From Negaprion brevirostris (Eukaryota), in contig JARDVH010000059.1 in NCBI GenBank assembly GCA_030324005.1, forward strand, positions 60,810,900-60,874,899: a stretch of 64,000 nucleotides of DNA, written 5' to 3'. Position 1 is the first letter of the stretch. Every line of letters begins with the position of its first letter. The notes under the pieces were generated by a model that saw only the letters and a program-made list of their open reading frames with translations, was not told the origin of the DNA and made no database searches. The position numbers were made by a program, and so were the translations under genes. Positions 40,278-53,306 of the stretch are shown in pieces.

Positions 40278-40348
40278 TTATTGAATGGCGGGGCAGGCTC
40301 GAAGGGCTAGATGGCCTACTCCTGCTCCTATTTCTTATGTTCTTATGT
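40278..40348 (+). mobile_element. Young CR1 3' end following a ~500-N gap
   Basis: Near-identical to 23562-23629 and 48421-48490. Confidence 0.8.
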
Positions 40349-40449
40349 TTTTATTTCTGAACTTGATGGGGGAGACTTTCCTTTCCAGCAACCCTCTCAA
40401 GAATTTCACATCCTTCAAAACATATGAACTGCCCTCCATTCTGAGGCAA

Positions 40450-40970
40450 TTTACTTCTGTTTTCTTTGTAATTACCTTCCTACCCAGACCCATTTCTCCT
40501 CCCTGTCCTATACTGTCACTACTTCTCTTGCACTTTACTTTTACTTTCTCTTTCCCCTTCTTCTCTTTCCACTTCCTCACACTATGCTTTCACTCCCCTT
40601 TGCTTTGCATCCTCTCCTCTTCTCCATTCTGCCTTGCATAACCCCTTCTCCCAATCACTTTCCCCCTCCCTCTTCATCTATTTCCCTTTCCTTCTTCCTC
40701 TTCAGCCTTCACTTATCCTTTCTCTTACTTTCCAATTTCTCCTCATCTCTTGGTTCTCTCCTGTTTTATTACTTTTCACCTGCCTATATTCTTTTCAATT
40801 TTCTCCCTCCCCTTCCATATCTCCTTTCACCGCTCTCTTTCCATTTTGTGCCTCCATCATTGCCTTTTCAAATTCCTCATGTCTTCTCTCACCTGACAAG
40901 CACCTGCCCTCTCCCCTTCCCTTCCCCTTCCCTGTATCGCTCCAATTCTACCCCTGTTCTCTTGGCTTAT
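40450..40970. repeat. Long C/T-rich low-complexity tract
   Basis: About 500 bp strongly enriched in C and T on the + strand, with no fixed period. Confidence 0.7.
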
Positions 40971-41029
40971 TTGTATTAAAGACCACTTTTAATATTGGCT
41001 CTCCTTGTACCATTCTACAGGAGATGAAA

Positions 41030-42035
41030 TAGAAACATAGAAGATAAGAACAGGTGGAGGCCATTTGACTTTTCGGGTCTGCTCTGCCATTCATCACGAT
41101 CATGGATGATTGTCCAACTCAATAACCTAATTCTGCTTTGATCCCATTTGCCCCAACTGCTATATCCAGTCACCTCTTGAATACATTCAATAATTTGACA
41201 TCAACTATTTCCTGTGGTAATGAATTCGACAGGCTCACCACTTTTTGTGTAAAGAAATGTCTCCTCACCTATGTCTTAAGTGGTCTACCCTGAATCCTCA
41301 CACTGTGATTCCTGGTTCTAGACTCCCCCACCATTGGGAATATCCTCCCTGCATCTATCCTGTCCAATCGTGTTAGAATTCTATCAGTCTGTATGAGATC
41401 CCCCTCATTCAGTGAAAATAATCCCAATTGAGTCAATCTCTCCTCATACATCAGTCCCTCCATCCCTGGAATCAGCCTGCTAAACCTTTGTTGCACTCCC
41501 TCAAAAGCAAGAACATTCTTTCTCAGAAAAGATGACCAAAACTGCTAGGAAAATCTCTGTGTGGCCTCAACAAGGCCCTTCATAATTGCAACAATACACC
41601 CCTGCTCCTGTACTCGAAACCTCTTGCGATGAAGACCAACATATCGTTTACCTTCTTTACCTCCTGCTGCATGTGCATGCTTACCTTCAGTGACTGGTAC
41701 ACAAGGGCACCATACTCCCCTCTCCCCATTTACAGCCATTCAGGTAGAAATCTTGTTTTTGCTTCTAAACTGAATAACATCACAGTTATCCAAATTATAC
41801 TGCATCTGCCATTGATTTGTCTCCTCACCCAACCTATACAGATCTTGCAGAAGGATCTCTGAATCCTCGTCGCAGTTCACCCTCCCACCCAACTTGATAT
41901 CATCTGCAAACTTTGAGATGTTACATTTTGTTCCTTCATCCAAATCATTAATATATATTGTGAATAGCTGGCATCCCAGCACTGATCCATGTGGCACCCC
42001 ACTAGTTACTGCCTGCCAATTTGAAAAGGACCCAT
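41030..42035 (-). mobile_element. CR1-like LINE RT to 3' end
   Basis: PHGSVLGCQLFTIYINDLDEGTKCNISKFADDIKLGGRVNCDED; RFSRLIPGMEGLMYEERL. Confidence 0.88.
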
Positions 42036-42408
42036 GAAGAGAGCCCGCTAGTTATGTTTTAAATTCAGTATGTGGAGCAAACGTTTGATTGAAAACTATT
42101 TAAAGATGCCTCTTGAAGTAACTATTGTTCTTATCCGTGATAGTATGATATAACAGAAGACATCCTGCATTGACTCTGAGAAGGAAGGACCGCAATGCCT
42201 ATTGCCCAACAGGCAATGCACTGGATAGCCTTTCTCCAGACTGAGAACCTTGGACGATACTCAATAGTGCCATGGAGGAGGCCATGGCTACTGCTGGAAC
42301 ACGACCCCCTGGAGTCCTGGGATCATGGACCAACCCAGGAAAAACGTAAGTGTTGTTGGGGGTGGGGGTCACGAGGGGAGCAGTGGGGGTCAGCAGCAAG
42401 GGTGGGGA

Positions 42409-42626
42409 TTTGATTACCTGTAAAGACTCGCATTCCAACCATTATCTTGTAAATTGAGTCTGTGTCTTTGTACGTCCTGTTTGTGAACACAAGTCCTCAC
42501 TCACCTGAACAAGGACCTTGATACTCCGAAAGCTGGTGCTGACAAATAAACCTATTGGACTTTAACCTGGTGTTGTGAGACTTCTTACTGTGCTTACCCC
42601 AGTCCAATGCCAGCATCTCCACATCG
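42409..42626 (+). mobile_element. Penelope-like family A terminal-repeat fragment
   Basis: Collinear with 62812-63030; the hammerhead core is altered to CTGAACA. Confidence 0.7.
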
Positions 42627-45600
42627 CGACTTTTTCAAAGAGCAGTGAGATGTTACACCCTGGTGCCATAGCTAATATTAATCCCTCAGCCAATATCATA
42701 AAGATAGACTGGCCATTGTCTCATTGATGCTTGAGGGAGGTTAGTTGAATGCAAATTGGCTACTGCAAATCCAACAGCATAACAGTGATTGCACTTAAAG
42801 TACCTCATTGTAAAGCATTTTTGGAGATCATGGCATTGTCTATATAAGTGCAAGATTTTGAGCTCCTTATCACCAGTTTGCAGAAGTAATTCAATATAAA
42901 GTGGGATGTGATAATATAGATGTTGGCAAAAGGAAAAAAATACAAAACAGTTATTTAGGGGAAATGTGGCTGAAACTGAAATAATTTATTTTCATAACCT
43001 ATAATTAAAGACACAGACAATTTCAGCAGGACTTCTTAAACTATGTTTTGCTTGATTGAAAGAGACTGAATTCAACCCCCAGTCTTGCTCAGGAATGATT
43101 CTTTCCCCAACCTCATTGTGTGCCCAATGAAAGTTAACCAACAAATGGCTTTGCTGAAGTTTGAGGAGACCTGTCTTTGAGGAGGAGCACAGATTGAACA
43201 TTGCTTGATGCTTACTTATACTTTTCGCCCTTATGTGGCATTTGTATATGATTGGAAATCTAATTACAACAATTGTTTTTAGTCCTTTTGTTCTTATGGG
43301 TCAGTTTTCTCTGCCATTTTTGTGAGTTATTTCATTATGTTAATACTCATATTGATGTTTTTTCCACATAATTTCTGTTCCCTTGTTGGAAAAATCTTTT
43401 TTACTATTTGTAGTAAGTTTGGCATCATGTTGATGCTACAAGAACCGAGTGTTGTATCATAAGATACAGTGGAAAAGATACAAAATTATTTAGTTGTCAT
43501 TGCTAGATATGTCAGCAAGTCACTTTAATGGTGTTCAGATATCCTGGTATAAAGCTGCATTTTTGAGGTTTTTGCATATCATATTTTTTAATATAGACAA
43601 GTTTATAAACATTGTTAGATGGGTACTAATATATTTTGTATTTTTAGATTGCAAGCCAATTATTTTGGACAGAAACTGCCAGCTTAGCATAGCCATGGGC
43701 TATAATCTTTTCAATGTTTTTTGAATCTTGATTTATAATCTTTTACACAGCCTCCAACAATGTCATTCATGGGAATAAAGAAATGCAATGTCTCCGTTTG
43801 GAAATGGCAAGACTTAACAGTCTGTATCTGAGAGGAAATAAGATTTAAGGCCAGAGAAAGAAGAAACGGAGAAGGAAATGGTGACTTGGAGGCAAATTAG
43901 TCACAGGAGGGAGGAAAATTAGAGAGAATTGTGTGAGGGGTAAAATTTTTTAAAAAGTAAAATGTTAAATTGGAAAAATCAAGGCTCTCATACTTGTAGA
44001 AATTAAACTCCAGTGGGCAGGAGACAGTATTGCAGAAGTCTAAGTTTCACTGAAAAGATCTTTACGCTGTTAATTACCAGCTATAACTTTCTATGATGAG
44101 TTTAATTTATATTTACTTTACAAATCCAGCATTTTTTAAAAACTTGTGGGTGGTTTGAGGACAAGCTGCCATTCCTATGAGGCTCTAATGGCGGAGCAGT
44201 GCAAATCATCCAGCAATTTGTGGCGATTTGCAACTCTCAGGGTAAATCTTCCTTGACACAAATTGCTAGATGATTTGCACACTAATGATGCCGTGTGTGT
44301 TGAACTTGCTAACACTTCCCTGGCAAAGTTCTGGGCTAATATGTTTGCAATTAAGTTCTGCCTAATTAATGGTTTAGAAACCACACTTAAGACAGAAGTC
44401 AGCAAGAGAACGTTGTGATTTCTTATTAGACTCGTGTACCTTTTTTCTTCTTGTTGCATTCCTGCCCGCATGGACACAAAAATAGTTTTAAGAACTGCAG
44501 ATGCAGTAAATGAAAAAAAAATTAACAAATAAAGAAAAACCAATGTGAATAAATAAGTTATGAAAGAAGAGAAACAAATACATTTAAAAAAATCATTCAA
44601 AATGAGAAGAAAATTCTATAAATGTATAGCAGTTGGCCAAATCTGAAAGAAAAAGCTATATTAAAATTCAGCTGTAAGTCTTCATCAGAAATGAGGCTTT
44701 GGTTTCTGTCAGTTTCTCTATGACCCAGAAAGAAAGTTATGCAAATTTGAGGATAACATTTTCTTGATTTTTTTATCCTTTTCCTTTTAATCCTTTCATT
44801 TCTTTTTCTGGTCCATTGAGTGCCTTATTTCAAATCAGTATTAGATTTCTGGATAAATATCTGAGACCGTTTTTTTTAAGAAATGGTTAATATTTTACAA
44901 GAAAAAGAAGGATACGGACTGTATGTGGTAATTTATTGCTGGATTTGGCTTATGGTGTTAAAATCTATGGGATGTTGTTTCAGGAGACATATATTCCCAG
45001 AGTTTAGGGATACTTAAATTAGCCTTGTTTCAATTTTTTGTGTGTAGCCATCATAGCTATTGTTACCTTTCTTAAAATAAAAACAAATTATTGCAGATGC
45101 TGGAATCTGAAACAAAAAAAATGAAATCTCAGGCCTGACAGCATTTATGGAGTGAGAACAAAGAGTCTGGATGACTCTTAAGCAGAACTTGAATAGACTG
45201 CAAAATAAATGACGGAAGTGACCAAAGCCCCCATAGACTTTAATCACACTGAGTCAGCCAATCTAGCTGAAAATCCATCTTTCTCACGAGGGTTCTCAAT
45301 CTTCATCTACAAAGAACTTGCCTTGGAATCCTCTCCAAAGCTCACTACCTTGAATAGCTTCAGTGATGGCACATCTCAGCCTTCTGAGATTCAATTTCTC
45401 TGGATTCCTCAGTACACTCAAGTGTCAGCTTGTCAGCAAATTTCAGGTCTTCAGTCGTGCCAAGTAGAATACCACTGCTCCAAACAGGTACCTTTGCTTC
45501 AATGGGCATCTTTACTTAAAGTCTCCTTCCTGAGGCCCTTTCTCTAATGTGGTGCCAGCTAACTGGGACCTGTTTCTATTCCTTGTCATTGTCCCTTACT

Positions 45601-48375
45601 TGAAATTTCTTGAGATAACACCCTGTCCCCTTCCCTTGTCCATCTCTCTTTGAGGCACTTTCCTTGCATTAAAACTGACTTACTGACTGACTAAAAAGTG
45701 ACTCCCCAAGAATTGCAGTTGCTTGACCTTTAAACTCATCTGGTGACCTATCGCAACACTGCAGGGTCCTAGTATTTGCTAAGCGAGAACAAATGTAAAA
45801 TGACGTGGCACATCTTGTACCTTAAATTTTACAGTCTGTCTAGTTTGCTACCTTAGTAAACAGGGACACAGGCCAAAAAAAAGCACTTCATAACAAATGT
45901 TCAAAATTTGATTGATTGCTATTTGATTGGGCTAGTCTGTTCCCTAATCTACTTTACTGTCCTTGATGACTTAAGCTTGTGCTGGCTGTGCTATACTATG
46001 TCTAGCTCTTATACTTGTTACAACATTGAGGTTCCAGGACTGAATTCACCCTCTAATCTCTTCAGAGTTGCAAAATTATTCAGTGATAATCCTTATTGCT
46101 CACAGCTCCTACATTTTATTCAATATAAGTAGAACTTGATACATGCTGATGTTTGAAAAGTAGCCTCATCATTACCCACTGGGCAGAAGCCTTGTCTCCA
46201 AATGATTACTCCCTGGTTGCACCAGCCAATACAGCACATGTGGCTTCTTTGTCGGCCTCATCCTCTTAAAAGACACATCAGCGGGATGGTCTCGAACTAC
46301 CTCTGAATAGCTTTGAGGACCTTATTGAACCCAGTCATTGCTTTGCTATAAGTTGAATGGACCAATCACAAAACTCAAGTATGATTTCTCCATCTAGACT
46401 AGGGCAAGCTCACAAGGCCTTTGGTTTCCCACTCTTTGACACTAATTGGCCTGTAAATATTCCAGGAATAGTGTCTGACTAAATGTTTGTCTTGGTGCTA
46501 AGTTAGTTTGTCTCAGATCAGCTTTCTGTGCCTCTTGCAATGTGTTTTATCTTCCAGCTCCCACACAGCAAGTTGTTTTTTTTGCACGCTCCATGTGTTT
46601 TCTGCTGACATGTTTTTGTCCTTACATTCTGACCATTTGACATCTTTTACATCTCCTGGGCTGATGAAGCATTTGGCCATTGAAGGTTTACATAACTATT
46701 TCTATCTTGTCATCTGTCACCCATTCTTATCCAGAACATAATCACAACAGGGAACTAAAATAGGACAAATATGTCAAAAATCAAAAATAAATGCACAGCC
46801 TGTCACAGATAGCATTTTGGTTCGTGTTCATTAATTAGCAAGAAAAGCTGAAGTAGGAATTTCTCAAGATTCGTACAAGCTACAGAGGAAGCATTGTGTT
46901 TATCAAACCTAATATGTTCTGGGATTCTTGCAAAGCAAAAATCCCTACCTCCGAATCTGGATACTACAATTGTGCATTAATTAAACATCAGTATATTTTT
47001 AATTCCTCTAGATTTCTCTTCTATTTTGCAGTTTTTCTCAAGCATGTCTGAATCAGCTGTTAAAAAGTGCAAGAAAGGATAAAGGTTTTTCTTCTAAAAT
47101 GCTTTCATTCCACATGAGAGCATTTCTTCAATGAGAGCATGGACAACATTGGAAATTTGCCACATTAGGAATTTTCAGGTTCAAGCTTGCATCAAAAGTT
47201 CCAAGTCAGCATTTTGAAGATCTTGGATTGAAAGGCATTGTGTCAACAGTGCTACCTCATGTTATATGAAAAAAAAGGTATAGAATGACAGGAGATAGGA
47301 ATCACTTCTACATTTCATCAGCATTGCATTGAATCACATTGATGCTAAATTGAATAACAGAGAAAATAAAATTTATAGACATCTCTCAGCACTGGATTAT
47401 CCCTGGACAAATTAAAATGATAACTCCCAAAAAATGTTTATAACATCTTGATCAGCACTCTGCTTAGTAATATCCACAAAGACGAATGGCAGATAATTTA
47501 TTTCACCACTCCCTTTGTTATGATTCAGGTTAGAAACTCCTAAGTGTTTTATGGAGCCCATTTGGATCGTAAGTTTTTTGCACTTTGAATTTGGCTAGGA
47601 TAAGCTCTTCAAATATGATTCAAATGAGCCACTTGGGAGCTTTTATCAAACAAAGTTTAGTTAAGAATATTGTTAACATGTATGGATAGAAAATTAGCAA
47701 TAGCTTTTATCAATTACAAACAAAAACAAAACAACCAAGATAATGTATAACCCTTAACAAATATATCTAAAATGTTTCAATCAAACAAAAACTTCCCATT
47801 GACAAAAATCCTTTTCACAGGTTTAACACAGCAAAGACAAATGTTCATGTGATACTGGAACTAAGTCCTTTAGTTGGAGAATTGAAACCCTGACTTCTCA
47901 GCCTTGTAAGTGCTAGTGGCCATCTGGATACACTCAGAACAGTTTTTAGTCAGAACACCAGAGAATGAATCTAGTCGAGCTACCAACAGCAGATTTTCTA
48001 CTCCAAAAGGGAAGNNNNNNNNNNNNNNNNNNNNNNNNNNNNNNNNNNNNNNNNNNNNNNNNNNNNNNNNNNNNNNNNNNNNNNNNNNNNNNNNNNNNNN
48101 NNNNNNNNNNNNNNNNNNNNNNNNNNNNNNNNNNNNNNNNNNNNNNNNNNNNNNNNNNNNNNNNNNNNNNNNNNNNNNNNNNNNNNNNNNNNNNNNNNNN
48201 NNNNNNNNNNNNNNNNNNNNNNNNNNNNNNNNNNNNNNNNNNNNNNNNNNNNNNNNNNNNNNNNNNNNNNNNNNNNNNNNNNNNNNNNNNNNNNNNNNNN
48301 NNNNNNNNNNNNNNNNNNNNNNNNNNNNNNNNNNNNNNNNNNNNNNNNNNNNNNNNNNNNNNNNNNNNNNNNNNN

Positions 48376-48490
48376 AGGGCGGGAGTGTGGAACTGAGCCA
48401 CGACAGATCAGCCATGATCTTATTGAATGGCGGGGCAGGCTCGAGGGGCTAATGGCCTACTCCTGCTCCTATTTCTTATGTTCTTATGTT
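48376..48490 (+). mobile_element. Young CR1 3' end following a gap
   Basis: GATCAGCCATGATCTTATTGAATGGCGGGGCAGGCTCGAGGGGCT..TGGCCTACTCCTGCTCCTATTTCTTATGTTCTTATGTTC. Confidence 0.8.
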
Positions 48491-48930
48491 CTCCTGAAAT
48501 ATTGGGGCTGGGCTGTTCTGGCCCCACTGTGATAGGTTCCCCCCACCACAGATGCAGCAAGCCATTCAGATGTCCATTGACTTTGGCGGGACCACAACAG
48601 CCAGCCCTTAATTCTATTTCTCTACACATGTGCCTGACCCGCTGAGTATTTTCAGCATTTTTTGCCTTTTTAAAAACTATGATGTCAGGCTCCAGACTGC
48701 CAAAACTGATTGCTGTTCCAGGCTTGTCCTAGAATGCAAAGATCACTCCATCGTCTTTTCTCTACTGCATTTTGTCTTCTGAAACTGGTCATCTCCATCC
48801 TCAGCTTCAACAAATGTGCATCAAGCTCATGAATTTCTTTGGATGGCCTCAAAGTCAGTACACAATCAATTGCCTCTGCCACTTCCCTGTCTTCCTCTGG
48901 TCTACTGGTCAAACTTCCTCTGAGCTCTAG

Positions 48931-49127
48931 TGGTGGCACAGTGGTTAGAACTGCTGCCTCACAGTGCTGAGGTCCTGGGTTCATTTCTGGCCTAGGATAA
49001 CTGTCTGTGTGGGTTTCCTCTGGGGTGCTCCAGTTTACTCCCACACTCCAAAAATGTGCAGGTTGGGTTGATTGCCCATGCTAAATTATTCCTTAGTGTC
49101 AGGAGGACCAGCAGAGTAAATACATGG
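48931..49127 (+). mobile_element. V-SINE, 3'-truncated
   Basis: tRNA head and partial V-domain. Confidence 0.75.
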
Positions 49128-49404
49128 CACACCCCCTGCCCTATCTCCATAATCCCACATATATATCTCACTAATTCCCCAACCCACATATCTTAAGACA
49201 CTTAGGGGCAATCCAGCATGGTCAATCCACCTAACCTGCACATCTTTCGATCAGGGGTAGGTACCAGAGCACCCGAAGGAAACTCTCACAGACATGGGGA
49301 GAACTAGCAAAATCTACATAGACAGTCACCCAAGGCCAGAATTGAACCCTGGGTCACTGGCAGTGTGAGGCAGCAGTGCTAACCACTGTGCCACTGTGCT
49401 GCCC
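49128..49404 (-). mobile_element. V-SINE, 3'-truncated, tail-to-tail with the previous copy
   Basis: tRNA head at 49330-49404 on the minus strand. Confidence 0.8.
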
Positions 49405-49409
49405 TTCTC

Positions 49410-50790
49410 TTCTGCCCATCTGTTGCCCTGTCACCTAACCTATCTGATCCCTGTGACACTCCACTAGTTACAGCTTGATGGCCTATTTATCCCTCACCAC
49501 TGCTTGCTGTTGGTTAGCCAATCTTTTATATTTGTTAATATGTTGCCTCATATGCCATGTGCTCATATCTTGTTAGTAACCTTTCTAACTGCCTTTTGGA
49601 AATTCAAGCGCACCACATCTATAGGCTCCTCTTCATCCATCTTGCTTGTCATTTCCTCAAAAACTCTAATAAATTACTTAAACAAGATTTTCTTGTCACA
49701 AAACCATGTTGACTCTCCCAGATCCCATTATNNNNNNNNNNNNNNNNNNNNNNNNNNNNNNNNNNNNNNNNNNNNNNNNNNNNNNNNNNNNNNNNNNNNN
49801 NNNNNNNNNNNNNNNNNNNNNNNNNNNNNNNCTCTCCCAGATCCCATTATGGTTTTCTAATTATCCTGCTATAACCTCCTTATAAGTGAATTGTAGCAAT
49901 TTCCTTATGACAGATTTTAGGCTAACTAACCGATAGTGTCCTATTTTCTCTCTCCTTTTCTGGATTAAAGCTGTTACATTTTTAGAAACCTTCCAGATTC
50001 TAATTAATTTTGGAAGGTGCCTCAATTATTTCTGCAGCCACTTCTTTTAAAACTGTGGATGAAGGCCACTTGGGTCCCAGGGACTTATCAGGCTTTAGGT
50101 CCCAGAGTTTTTCCAGAACCTTTTCCCTGTTAATGGGGATTTTTTTCAGTTTCTCCCTCCCTTTTACTTCTCAACTTTCAGGTATCTTTGGGAAATTTTC
50201 TAAGCTGTCTAGACTGAAGACAGACATAAAATACAACATCTCTGCCATTCCCTTGTTTTCTATCATCAATTTCCAAGGCATTCTCTCCACAGAATTAACA
50301 CCATCTTTTTCTACTTATATACTTGTAGAAAGTTTTGTTTACTTATTAGTATCACAAGTAGGCTTACGGTTTGAAGTTGCTGCAATGAAATTACTGTGAA
50401 AATCTCCCAGTCGCCACGCTCCGGCATACACTGAGGGAGAATTTAGCATATCCAGTGAAAATAACTAGCACGCCTTTCGGACTGTGGGAGGAAGCCGGAG
50501 CACCTGGAAGAAACCCATGCAGACACTGGGAGAATATCTATGCAGAGTCTGCACAATGACCCAATCTGTGAATCGAACCCAGGTCCTTGACGCTGTGAGG
50601 CAGCAGTGCTAACTACTGTGCCACCATCTCGCCCATATTCTGTTTTTATATTACTAGCTAGCTTTCAATCATACTTTGCTTTGTCCCCTTTTTCCATCAT
50701 TCATTGCTGGTTCTTAAGATTTGTCCAATCTTCTGACGTGCCACTAATCTTTGCAGATTTATACAGTGTTGCTTTCTATTTGCTAACTCT
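49410..50790 (-). mobile_element. Old CR1-like ORF2 fragment containing a V-SINE (50331-50625, -, tail B)
   Basis: Minus-strand LEFPKGS / YRLVSLKSV-type remnants; SINE collinear with 9191-9495. Confidence 0.65.
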
Positions 50791-51282
50791 GTTTCTCTAC
50801 ATTTTCTGCCAGACCTGCTGTGTATTCCAAGCAATTTCTGTTTTCATTTATTGGTGAAAACATTGGTGATATATTCCATCACTTTTTGATGATTAAGGGT
50901 AGGCTTACAATCCGTAGCTGAGTGGATTGGATTTTTCCTACATTTTGTGGACATGACATGCTTAGGCAATTTTCCAATTTGTTAGGTAGATGTGGTGATG
51001 TAGTTGTACTGAAATAGCTTGGCCAGCAGCATAGCTAGTTCTAGAGTCTTCAGAACTGCGGTTGGGATGTTTTTGAGACCCACAGCCTTAACTGTATTCA
51101 GTGCACTCAAACATTTCTTCATTTTAGTTGCAGTACTTAGAATGAGCTAAGCGTTGGCAGATGTGATGGGAATCTCAGGAGGNNNNNNNNNNNNNNNNNN
51201 NNNNNNNNNNNNNNNNNNNNNNNNNNNNNNNNNNNNNNNNNNNNNNNNNNNNNNNNNNNNNNNNNNNNNNNNNNNNNNNNNN

Positions 51283-52235
51283 TTTTTTAGGTGTGACTTT
51301 GTCAAACGCTTTCTCAAAATCCATATAGGCAACATCCAACACATTCCCTTCATCTACCTTCTCTGTCACTTCATCAAAAAATTCAATTAGGTCAGTTCAG
51401 CACGATCTTGCCTCTTATAAATCTGTGTGAACTTCCTTTAATCACCTAAAACCTCTCCAAATGTTTTTTATTCGCTCATGGGACGTGGACGTCGCTAGCT
51501 GGCCAGCATTTATTGCCCATCACTAGTTACCCTTGGAGGGCAGTTAAGAGTCAACCACTTTGCTCTTGCTTTGGAGTAACGTGTAGACCAGATCAGATAA
51601 GAACAGCAGATTTCCTTCCCTAAAGGGACATTCATAAACCAGGTGGGTTTTCCCGACAATCAGCAGTGGTTTCATGGTGGTCAGTAGATTCTTAAGTCCA
51701 GATATTTTTTATTGAATTCAAGTTCCATCATCTGCCGTGGTTTGATTCGAACCCAAATTCCCAGAATAATAGCTGAGTTTCAGGATAACTATCCATCGAT
51801 AACAACATCGAGGGCCATCCCCTCTCTGTAATCAAGTGCTTATTGATTTTCATTCTCTGATCAATGTTTCTAAAACTTTACCCACCACTGATGTTAAATT
51901 GACTGGTCTGTAGATGTAAGGACCGTCCTAGTACCTTTTCTTGAAAGGGGTGTTTCATTTGCCACTCTCCAATCCCCTGGCTCCTCCTCAATATCTAGGC
52001 AAGATTATGTCAAGCCTTTCCACTATCTCCACTCCAATACAATTAGCAATCTGGAATACAAGCCACCCAAACCAGGAAGCATATTCACTCTAAGCATCCA
52101 CAGCCTTTCCAGTACCTCTAGCCTTTCAATTTTCACCCATCTATTGCCTCCATCATCTCCATTTCTACTGATATTTTCTCAGATTCCTCTTCCTTGGTGA
52201 ACACTCATACAAATTACTCATTGCCTTCCCCTGTG
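51283..52235 (-). mobile_element. CR1-like ORF2 fragment interrupted by a SINE
   Basis: VTEKVDEGNVLDVAYMDFEKAFDKVTP, the CR1 RT motif DFxKAFDKV. Confidence 0.75.
51464..51824 (-). mobile_element. Second tRNA-derived SINE family, full length
   Basis: Minus strand: GGGTTCGAATC B-box; AAAACCCACCTGGTT..TGAATGTCCCTTTAGGGAAGGAAATCTGC; tail GATGGGCAATAAATGCTGGCCAGCTAGCGACG. Confidence 0.75.
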
Positions 52236-52269
52236 CCTCTAAGCAATATCATCGTCTTTGAGTGGCATT

Positions 52270-52473
52270 TGGGTACACTGAGGGAGAATTTAACATTATC
52301 AAAGCACCTAACCAGCACACCCTTCAGACTGTGGAAGGAAGCCGGAGCACCCGGAGGAAACCCATGCAGAAAAGAGGAGAACGTGCAAACTCCACCCAGA
52401 CAGTGACCCAAGCTGGGAACCGAACCTAGGTCCTTGGTGCTGTGAGGCAGCGGTGCTAACCACCCTGCCACCA
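52270..52473 (-). mobile_element. V-SINE fragment
   Basis: Head and V-domain on the minus strand. Confidence 0.8.
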
Positions 52474-52620
52474 ATGCTTCTGGTGGCACAGCGTGTCTGG
52501 CACAGACAGGCTGATGGAATGGGCAGATACGTGCCCGACTGAATTTAATCTGGAGAAATGTGAAGTGGCTCAATTTGTTCAGAATAATGTGGAGAAACAA
52601 TATAAAGAATAAATAATAAA

Positions 52621-52840
52621 GGGGAGGCAAAGGCCTAGTGGTACAATCTCTAGACTATTAATCCAGAAGCTCAGCCAATGTTCTGGGGACCTGGGTTATT
52701 GGAATTCCGCCACGGGATAAAAGAATAATATCTGGAAGTAAGAATCTAATGATGACCATGAAACCGTTGTCGATTGTTGGAAAAACCCACTTGGTTCATA
52801 ATGTCCTTGAGCGAAGAAAATCCGCCGTCCTTACCCAAAC
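52621..52840 (+). mobile_element. Second tRNA-derived SINE family, 5' part
   Basis: GGGGAGGC..GGCCTAGTGGTA..CTAGACTATTAATCCAG...; inverted relative of 51600-51824. Confidence 0.7.
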
Positions 52841-53306
52841 AGGCCTGAACGATATTTATTGAGATAATATCTAACGCTTTCTCTGGAGTGTGCTCCATAC
52901 TTCTTTCACCCAATGTGTGAAGAGGTTATTTTCTAAACTCTCTCCTGGAGACCTGTGTTTGAGGGGGAAGTTGAGCAGGGTGGCCTGGGACAGGATTACA
53001 GCACTGGGGGAGCATACAGAGAGCATACCACCGGCGGGGGAGAGCACAGCGTGAGTGCACAGAATCATACAGAGCAGACACAAAATCCAGGATCATAAAT
53101 ACAAGACAACAGGTGGAGTCACAGCAAACAACCCAGGACAGAGGACAGACAAAATTGTGTGCAATACTCCAGGTACATTCTCACTAATGCCTTGTACAGC
53201 TTCAGCAACATTTCCCTACTTTTATACTCGCCTCCAGTAGCAATGAATGGCAAAATCCCTTTTGAACTCCCTATTACCTTCTGTATTTTCAAGCTGTGAT
53301 TCAAGG

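Noticed and set aside
40285-41032. Hydrophobic Leu/Phe/Ser/Pro-rich ORFs resembling membrane proteins
   Set aside because: A by-product of the C/T-rich low-complexity tract.
49713-49850. 19-bp direct repeat flanking a 100-N gap, resembling a TSD
   Set aside because: Exact overlap of contig ends around a round-number gap; most likely a scaffolding artefact.
52960-53140. ACAG/GAG-rich quasi-repetitive stretch
   Set aside because: No consistent period, termini or ORF that I can support.
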